Assembly: GCA_051942205.1 (NCBI GenBank)
Contig: JAVECO010000063.1
Location: 62,001 to 117,458, forward strand
Direction: 5' to 3'
DNA length: 55,458 bases
Source: Coniocarpon cinnabarinum
Taxonomy: Eukaryota
The notes under the pieces are model-generated. The model saw only the letters and a program-made list of their open reading frames with translations, had not been told where the DNA came from and searched no databases. Position numbers and translations under genes: made by a program. Below are positions 46,666-55,458 of the stretch, piece after piece. Position 1 is the first letter of the stretch; the number at the start of each line of letters is the position of its first letter.

Positions 46666-49600
46666 CCTTAGGCGTACAAAGCAAACAGCCACGCTGAGTA
46701 CAAGAAATCTCCTCAATCTCAAAACGGAAATCCCAGTCAGGGTTCATAACGATTTTCTTTAAGTTTGGATACGACACCCAGGCCTAAACATCCTTGGTCT
46801 CGCGAGGAACGGAAAGGTTCCTCCACTACTGTCAATCACCTTTACGTCACGTTTCCATCATTCATCAGGCTTTCGGGAGTTCGGGCTTCATCCTAGATGG
46901 GCCAGCAATCGATCTTCATATGGCAAAAGTGAATTATGGACAGTTGCAATCGAGTCTGGTCACTGTTTAGTGACAAGTTGAGCGGATCATAAAGGTGACT
47001 ATGAAGGTCCATTGTCTTACACGGCTGCGAGAGATGACCTGGAGCATTACCTAGCGGTTGTTCTATGTAACGAGAGCTTTAGCTACATGAGTGAATGAGC
47101 AAAAGGTACACCAATGGGAACAGTACTGGACTTGTGCGGTGCATCTTTATCCCAGTACGTCTACTAAGTACCAATCGCATGCTGTTCTTGAATGTGAGCA
47201 AAATCGTGCCAAGGTGCACTGCTCTTAAGCGCAAGACTCTGTGTACAGACACCTATGAACACGTGTAGCCTACTCCTACATCTCCCTCCGTCCAGTCACG
47301 GTACGTCGGCCGCATCTCTGCGCTTTCATTGTGGCCCATTGGCACCAGACGTTTCCAGACTTGGCCCACCCTGCGCCGCCCCGCCGGAAGAAAACGTCGG
47401 GCGGTCGGCTATTCTAACCGTACCCCTTCCGAGATCAGACCGTCCCGTCTCTCCGCCATCTTCAACGCAGTGATTGTTGGGCTCCGCCATTTCAGATGGT
47501 CTGTACGGAAGTTTGCAAGCTCGAGCGGCATGAAGAGTTCACTATTTCCATGGATGAACTGCCGGGTACCGCGCTTGGCGAGCTGGTATCAGGGTTTTGC
47601 AAAGGCCGAAAGGCCAAGCTCGATTCCATCGGACGATTACCTTTCAGTGGTGTGCTTGTCATACAGCATTGCTCGTTTCAACATTCACCGAGGAGGCTGA
47701 CCTTCACCTGCGGCTTTAGCACGCCCGAGGTTGCCTAATCGAGCACTATGAGAGTCCATTCGATGCTCGACGGCGGCAATGAGCTCCGCGTTTTGGCTCT
47801 ATCTCCACATATCGAACCCCACGTGGCATGTCAGAACGGTACTAAGTTGACCATCTAAGATCCTAGATCGACCCGTGTCTCCATGGGTCCACGTGCATCA
47901 CAAACCATGAAAGTGTCCATATGAAAAATGTATTCCGTTACCTAGTACCGCTTGACCGCCGTGCCACGTGCGCCGACTTCGCAAACTTAAACAGTGGAAT
48001 TTCAGCTACTCGCCTGGGGACGGTGTTCCTTCATCTGTGGGGAGAACAGGGGTCTACGATTGCGAATATTGGTTACAGCTCCCAGATCTGTGCAAGCTGG
48101 GTCGTACAATGTCCCGAAAAGATGTGAGCCAAGACAAGAGATTGGCCACTATGACCACGGACAAGAGTCATTTTCCTGAGGATTGCCCTGAGTTTGGTTG
48201 CGGGCCGTATGCTCGGCCTTGAGGTCAGTACTCATGGGCGGCCCGACAAACGGCTACTCCGCGGATATGGCTTGCCGAGAGCATTATCCATTGATTTACT
48301 TGCTCAGTGGCAAGTATAGTGCGGTCTGGCTATCGTAAAATGGGATTGCACCAGCTGTGCGCACACCAGCATAGGTCACGTCGCACATTGAGCGAAGTTT
48401 TGAAAAATCGCGGTGCTGGCTGAAGGAAGAGATCCTAACGAAGCTGGGAGGTAGGCAGGTCCGACCCGTCAGAGGCCACATTGTCGAGCTCGGCAACGCT
48501 TCGGGCGATGGTCAGAGCCGGAAGACATGGGAGTGGCGAAGCCAGGAAGCCGCGTTTCGACATGCAGGTCATGAGAAAGCCGACCAAGATTCTAACGACT
48601 TCTCACAAAAATTGGAAGCCTATGGCATGCGCAAACCGCCAGACCGCCGTGGACCATACGATTGGTAGCATCGTAAAGTCTGTTGTCTTGACGCCAACGA
48701 GACGACAATCAGGCTAAAGCGTCCTGTTAGGCAAGGTTGCAAAGTGTTGGATGCCACACTTAAACGGTGATAATACAAGGTTTCAAGAATGAGTCAGCTG
48801 ACGATATGAGAAGCGGCGGACTTTGAAATTTTGACTGGTCAACCGAAGCATTATATACAGCGCACATTCGAGGCAAGCAGGCAAAAAAGGGAAGGCGATA
48901 CAACGACATCGGTGGATGCCGAAAGGGATCTAAAGGCTACAGTGGCAAGTGTCTGAACCATGAGTAGGGTGTTAGCTGGGGCCTGGGCCGATAAGAACGA
49001 GCCAAGGCCAATGCCGCACACGTGGATGACACGCCTCCACGGCAATAGCCCGAGCGACTCGATGGAGCGATGAGACAGCCAGGGGCGATTAAGACCGAGA
49101 GCTTGGCGGAGGCGCGAGGCATTGCGTGAATGGGTTCTTGGGCAAGCCATCACCACGAAGATCATGTCGTCAGCCGCGGCTGAATTGTGAGGGACACCAT
49201 GAATTACCCAGATGGGATGTAAGTGAGCAAGATCCAGGCTCAGAACTCGACGTGGTTCTTGACACACGAGGCAGCATTGGAAGAAGCCAGACTCGGTGAT
49301 TTCAGATGCTACGCTCGTACGTGCGGATGCGTGTCATTGCTGCGCGACATGGTGATGCCATCACACACTGGGCCAGAGCACAAGGCTCTTGGCGCACTTC
49401 GAGAAAGCCGAGCGAAGGCGGGCCTGAGTCGCGAGGCCGTAGCCCATCAGAGATCTGACGGTGATGACTAGCGATGGAGGGGGGCATGGACGAGAGCTGA
49501 CAGCGGAGCCCGCGAGCCCTAGCACGTCAGGGCAGGGTCCTAGTGATGTTCATATCGGCCTATGTCAGGGCAGCCAGCGACATACGGAATAGCTGCTCCC

Positions 49601-51365
49601 ACACCCAGATGGACAGACGAGGGTACTGATGGGGATGGACATGGTCTGGCTGAGCTGTGGTCCAGGCGCTCGCTTGACAGCCCGTGCAGCGAGGTCACGA
49701 AGCCAGAATGCCAGAAGGACTGAATGCCAAAAGCTCGCGAGTGGTGACAGCGGTGGGTGGAGCAGGGTGTTGCGCAATCGCGTGACTCTGCGTGCAAAGT
49801 GTGAGTTGGAGAGAGCGTCACCGAGTCCGGAGTAGGGCCCGTGCAATAGAAGAGGATGGAAGGGTCAAGGTTGGGATTCGTGGGGAGTACTAGGTAGGTA
49901 GGTTGTCGGTGGATTAGCTCCTGGGTACGCCCTGCGTAGGTGTCACGAGTAGGACGTCTGGACGCGCGTGGAGCACGGAGGCTCTCAGAACCCTGGAAAC
50001 AGAGGGCGCCATCGTGCCTGGAGTGCTGGAGTACCCGCGGAATCCCGGCAGCCGCAGATCTTCCAGGCATTCGATGCAGCAGCCTATCCATCTGCTCTTA
50101 TTGGCCGCGTGGCACTTGCCTCGAACCAATTGCCCTCGTGGGCTTTGCTACCACCGTCAGCCGCAAGCGCGTTCGCAGCGCGCAGGAGGCAGCACGCAGC
50201 ACGCAGCTGGCACCGCTACCCACTCTCACTGCCCTCGCCGCAGCCCTTATACGCCAAGCAGCACCAGACGGGCGGCATCCGCTCCTCGACCACTGGCTCG
50301 CGCCGGGCCAGCCCATCCACCTTGTGAGCGTCGACCTCCTTGCAGATGTGTACGTTCAGTCGCAGGCGATTCCATCCACGGGGCACGAGCCCCGCCATGG
50401 TGCTCATCCCGCCTGCACACAATCGTGGTGAGGTGCCACGCGAGGGTGTGCAACGGCCGCCAATGGAAGACGCAGCGCAAGGCACGATCCGTTGATGGAG
50501 GTTGGGCCCGAGTGAATCGACGCATGCCTGATCCTCCCGCGCCTCATATGGCTAGAGCGCAGATGGACCAGGCATCAACCAGTAAGTGACTGAAGGGGTG
50601 GGTGGGGAGGGAGGAGCGTGAGGACGAACAGCAGTGGCTGGCCAGCCATCAGCACGAGCTCCCGGCGCCTCCGCCTGAGCAGAGTCAGCACGCGGTTCTC
50701 CAGGGCTCGAGTGCGAGAGCAGCAATTGATGCTGGCTGCCGTGGGCTGTCGCGGCTCGAGCGGCTGCTCCGTCACGCCCTCATTGCGGTTTGTGCAGCTC
50801 GCGTCTGTGCAGAGGGTGCAAGCTGGGAGTCGTGGTCGGAAACGGGCGCTGGGAGCACAACCGCTGGGAGCACTCCCACACTCCCCACGCGCACCCCCTC
50901 CCCAAACGACACTCCAGCATCGCAACTGCACATGCACATTGCACACCGGCCATGCATGCACCTGCTTCGAGCTGCGCCGGCCAACGCTTCAGGCACCTCA
51001 CGACCCGCCTCTGACTCTTGCTCACCTCGCTTGACTCGTCTTGCCCAGCACGTCCTCGCGCTCCTGGCTTCCACTCGAGCCATAATAAGGTCCTCGAGAA
51101 TGCCTCCATGGCTCTGCCGTCGGCAAGGCAGCAGGGTCCCGTGCAGCACAAGCATCACCTCCAGCACCAACAGCAGCAGCACCACCAGCAGCCAGTCCCC
51201 TTCCACCAGCACATGGCCTCTCGCGACTGCCTTTCCTTTATCTTTCTGGCTCCGAGCCTGGGCTGCATCCGTCCTTGACACCTCGTGGTCCACCACAACC
51301 TCCAACTTCTACCACTCGCCCCATCCTTGCAGCTTGCCCTCCCCTCTGTCTGTCGTTCTCTGCCA

Positions 51366-52844
51366 ATGGATGCCTTTCACTCCCCCTCACGCCAGCGCTC
51401 CCCGACCTTTTCTGCTCGCCCGACCTCCTCTCACCTCCAACAGCACCCTTCGCCACAGCAACAGCCCACACAGTCCCAGAAGCAGAAGCTGCGCAGTTCC
51501 TGCGACGCATGTGGAGAGGCCAAACTCAAATGCCCTCGAGAGCACCCTGCATGTCAACGCTGCATCAACCATGGTATTCCCTGCGTGTACGGCGCCCTGC
51601 GTCGGACCGGTCGCCGTCGCAAGAACAAGCCCAGTGAAGGGGGTAGCACCAGCAACGCTAACGGCCCTATGAACGACGGCAATGGCGGCGGTGGGAGCGC
51701 GTACTTGCAAAAGTCCAACAGCCATACCAATGTCACTACTCCAATTGATCCCACCCAGCGTTATCATCTGAACACGACCGAGCCATCCATCAATGACTTC
51801 TCCAGCAGTGACGACCCTATCCTCCAGGAACAACTCCAGAAGGGCCACATGTCCACCACGAGCCTCGGTAGTTACCCGTCTCACAACGGATCCGTGTCAT
51901 CTTCGTCAACTAATCTACAATGGCTTCCCGAGCACTGGCTTCCGACACCGACCTCTGTGGACAACATGTTCAATACCTTCTTAAACCAGTCTCCCGCTCA
52001 GGAAAACGGTGGAATGGGACCTGCAGACATGAACGCGCCCTTGTCAACGAGCATGCCTTCAGGATCTCTTCGGTCACAGGTGAATGCGTACGGCTTTGAT
52101 CCTTTCAGTGCGGACCTCACCGCAACCAAATCGTCAGGAGATGTGAGTTCTCTGATTGACCCAGCTGACGTTATGGACACGAGCGGGGATCGATCAATTG
52201 GCCAGGCACGAAACCACAACTACTATTCTATGCCTGGTCCTGAACCCCCTTTGCAGCCCTATTCCCCAGCTTCGTCGTCCCCGCCATCTTCGGTGTCGAC
52301 GCCGGTGGGCGTCTGCCAACTGGGTTGCTTCGAGCACATCACGCGACATTTGAATGCACTTGGAAGCCGCACACAAACGCACGTTCTGCTGGACTCGATT
52401 GTCACGATCGAGAAGGAGACCGACGCGGTGCGGAGGAAAGTGACGTCCTGTCCCGTGTGCATGAACAATGCACGCATCTTCTTGCTGCTATCGATGATGG
52501 TCGAGCAGACCATTGCGCTGTTCGAAGCCTTATCGGACTGTCGGTTCTTGACTGGCTCCACCAACGACGCCGAAGCTCCCAATGTGGAGCTTGCGCTGGA
52601 AAAGTGCTACGCCGAGAAGCTGTTCCTGGGCAACATTGAGGTCACGGGAGAGACAAAGTCGAGGTTCGTCAAGCAAATGATCCGGCGGCGGCTCCGGCGG
52701 ATTGCGGACATGCTGCTCGACTTGCAAAAAGTGGTGATGACGTCACGGACGAAGAATTGCAACAAAGACGCTGCGGAGGCCATCATGAAGGACTCGAGCC
52801 ATCGGATCGAACTGTTGCAGGGCATGCTGGAGCTGTGGAAGTGA
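51366..52844 (+). CDS. Zn(II)2Cys6 transcription factor, AflR/GliZ-like architecture
   Basis: KLRSSCDACGEAKLKCPREHPACQRCINHGIPCVY followed by basic RRTGRRRK. Helical C-terminal domain with CPVC and LFLGNIEV. Intronless. Confidence 0.88.
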   Translation: MDAFHSPSRQRSPTFSARPTSSHLQQHPSPQQQPTQSQKQKLRSSCDACGEAKLKCPREHPACQRCINHGIPCVYGALRRTGRRRKNKPSEGGSTSNANGPMNDGNGGGGSAYLQKSNSHTNVTTPIDPTQRYHLNTTEPSINDFSSSDDPILQEQLQKGHMSTTSLGSYPSHNGSVSSSSTNLQWLPEHWLPTPTSVDNMFNTFLNQSPAQENGGMGPADMNAPLSTSMPSGSLRSQVNAYGFDPFSADLTATKSSGDVSSLIDPADVMDTSGDRSIGQARNHNYYSMPGPEPPLQPYSPASSSPPSSVSTPVGVCQLGCFEHITRHLNALGSRTQTHVLLDSIVTIEKETDAVRRKVTSCPVCMNNARIFLLLSMMVEQTIALFEALSDCRFLTGSTNDAEAPNVELALEKCYAEKLFLGNIEVTGETKSRFVKQMIRRRLRRIADMLLDLQKVVMTSRTKNCNKDAAEAIMKDSSHRIELLQGMLELWK

Positions 52845-55458
52845 GGCGACGCTGGAGCGATGTGGACGATGTTTCGGCGTCGGCGGTCAGGTGCCGACTC
52901 GCCGTCGTCCAGGCACCGCACGCGCAGGGCGTCGAGCGGTGCAACCGTGCGGACGCAAGCGTGACCTCGAGGGGCTCATGGTGTTTGCAAAGGCCGCTCC
53001 TTGCCACACACGCATCGCTGCTGCGCGTCGGAGCCCCCATACCGGGGATAGCAGATGCAGGGATGGCGTACACGTGCAGGCGGTGCGGCAGACAGCCGCG
53101 TGGAAGCCTCCAGACCGCCCACAGGGATTGGCTGCGCGGTGACCTGGAGGTACGTATCACGAGCCCCCAACGTCGGACTCTGGCGGACCACGAGCGACGC
53201 CTGCACTTTGTCGCCCTTTTCCTTTCCATTCCATCAGCCTGTGCCGCACGCAGTGTGTGGGCTGGCCTGGCTCCGTGGGTGGATGTTGTAGCCTCGATTG
53301 CCGAAGCCATGCATAGTATGGCGCAAGACTGGCAAGGTGTCCCTTCATGGTGGCCCTTGTCCGCCGCAGCTCGCGTCGAGTCCTTCATGTGACACGGAAC
53401 AACCCCCTCAGCCCCAGTCCGTCGACTCGCGAGCGGGCGATGGAAGGTGTGGTGGTGGATCCTCGAACAGAAGCAGCACCTACTCTTTGGCCAACACGCC
53501 GCCGTGGTGGGAGCGGGCCCAGCTCACAACAAGGCCACTGAGCTGCACCGCAAGGGTGTAAGAAGCGGTAAGAGACTAGCTCAGCCGCATGTAGCAACTG
53601 CCGCACGTCCAACACGGCTCAATTGATCACTTAAGCAAGATTTATCATGCATCCCACACAGCCGGCCTGAGGTCACCATGGTCTCGATCTAGCGGCTTCC
53701 ATTAGTCTGGCCAGAGAGGAACGCGAGGACCATATTTCCCAGCACGACCCTCCAGACCCACCATGTGCCGCAATAGTGGTTCCTAGTCTAGAGCCTTCGA
53801 AGTGACTCAATGTTGCTTTGAAATGTGACTCATCAGCTTGCAAGATACCCTGGAACAATGACGCCTTATCTGATTATCTCATTGTGAGTGAGGTCAGACG
53901 TCTTCCTTCCGCAACACTCCCAAATTCCACTATCCTTTGCATCACGATGGGGCGGCCAGCTGCAGCACCCACGCCAACGTATGGACATAGCACTCGCGGC
54001 CCCATGTGAGCTAAATATTGCGTTCTAATCCCTAAGAAGTCTATGGGTGCTCGGTTCATTGCCGCCTTCAAGAGATCTCTAACGCAAGCCACAAGCTGCA
54101 GCGTGGGAGCCATGGCCAGCCCGAGAACAACTGTCGTGTCTCTAGGTCTAACCGTGGCATCCACGAGGATGCTATGACCTTACCTTCCCTCCTGTCATGG
54201 ATCCCTGTATGTGCAGCGCAGGCGCTATTGGGGCACCACGATCGTGCCTCAATTTCAATCTCGCTCCAAATATGTCACCCCGCAAGCCAAGACTTCCCGC
54301 GTCCGTGCAACAGTGGTCGAGATGAGACTGCACCCTTGTTTACCTATGGTGGCTTGGTGCGTGAGTGGTACAGGGACATCCCCGGCGTGCCAGGGTGCTG
54401 GTAGTACCAGCACACATCTCACAGATCTTCAAGCCTGCTCGGAAGATTAAACCCTAACGAGACATTGGAGTCTGATCAGTGGGAGTAATTCTCTTTCGCT
54501 TGGCCGTCAGGGCGATCAGCCTATTTCTATGCAGGCTAATAGCGAATGGCAATGGGCTCCCACCATACCTGGAGAATCGCCCCCACAGCGTCACTTGGCG
54601 ATTGGAACGGCCAGACACATTCGATAATCTTGCAGCAATTGGTTCTAGAGAATCAAGAACCGTGTATCATATTAGGCCCGATGCAGCGGCCAAAGAGGTG
54701 GGATGTTACAGCTAGCGACACGTGCCCGTGAGGGCGGTGCACTGGGAAGGCTGCGACGAGCGGATATGCTGAGCAAATTTCATGCGGGGATTCGTCAAAT
54801 CAAAAGAGATGATGAGCAACAATGTTGGAGTGCGGCAGGCACCTTCGTCAGCATCTAGAGCCAGCGAAAACACGCATTGCACATGGAGATATCGGTGGAG
54901 GCTCAGGACGTGCCGGCTGCGAACTCTAAAGATTGCTGCTGGGGTCTTAGAGCCGCTTCGTGTGGTGGTGCATGGATGGTATATACAGTCCATACAGCGA
55001 ATCATCGACCTCGACAGGCCGCGAGTTTCGCACGTCGATCATGGCTGCTCAATGGCGTGGCCGTCATGCCCGAAACGGCACTGCCAACTCGCGTCAGCTA
55101 GCCCGATGCAGTCGTCAGGGCAAGCTCCGACGGCTCGAAGGGGCAAGCCAGCGAGCAGGGCCGCGACGGAGGCGTGAGCAGCTCGTGCTCACACGGTGGC
55201 AGCCCACAGCCTCAGGTCCTGCGCCCGTCTCGGAAGCTCGCCATGCCGGGCCAGCGCTGGGCTCGTGGCTCGGCGTCGACGAACGCTATGCAAGATGTGT
55301 GACCTCGATCCGATCGCATGCCCGGCCGCGAGTGCGAGCAGCGGCCAGGAAAGCGTGAGAGCCTGACACGACGCTGGACAATGGAGAGGCAGGGAAGACC
55401 GTCGACCACGGACCGCCAGCACGGGGAGGAGGAGGGGGAGTTCGGCACGAGGGAGGGT

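Noticed and set aside
50602..51672. 356-aa ORF overlapping the AflR-like gene start
   Set aside because: Low-complexity, GTG start, off-frame shadow of GC-rich leader and CDS.
26221..52844. Secondary-metabolite cluster made of naphthol reductase, ABC protein, FAD monooxygenase and AflR-like TF
   Set aside because: No PKS, NRPS or terpene synthase. The genes are interspersed with housekeeping genes, and the ABC protein is soluble Caf16 rather than an exporter.
1..55458. tRNA, rRNA, CRISPR arrays, transposases or LTRs
   Set aside because: None recognised by eye. tRNAscan-SE, Infernal and RepeatMasker would be needed to exclude small or degenerate elements.

Overview
Gene-dense eukaryotic DNA from a filamentous ascomycete (Pezizomycotina-type genes with short GT-AG introns and CTRAC branch sites; I cannot assign the genus). 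There are about 18 protein-coding genes. In order: partial PFK-2/FBPase-2, HGT1-like sugar porter, secreted GH127-type beta-L-arabinofuranosidase, URM1 head-to-head with ELP2, a small orphan membrane ORF, APC13 head-to-head with MOD5, an AmdX/Adr1-like C2H2 transcription factor, a stand-alone SurE, an Arp2/4HNR-like naphthol reductase, CAF16, HEM3, a salicylate hydroxylase-like FAD monooxygenase, AEP2 head-to-head with LSM3, a B-type cyclin divergent from a C-terminal Zn2Cys6 protein, and an AflR-like Zn2Cys6 factor. I recognised no tRNA, rRNA, transposon or CRISPR feature. The most notable observation is that three tRNA anticodon-loop modification genes (URM1, ELP2, MOD5) lie within 6.7 kb, with URM1 and ELP2 start codons only about 200 bp apart. 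Also of interest: the GH127 gene next to a sugar transporter, unusual uORF/overlapping-frame 5' regions in both Zn2Cys6 genes, and a 9-nt microexon in the cyclin. All family calls are from motif recognition and exon models were read by eye; no database searches were run.
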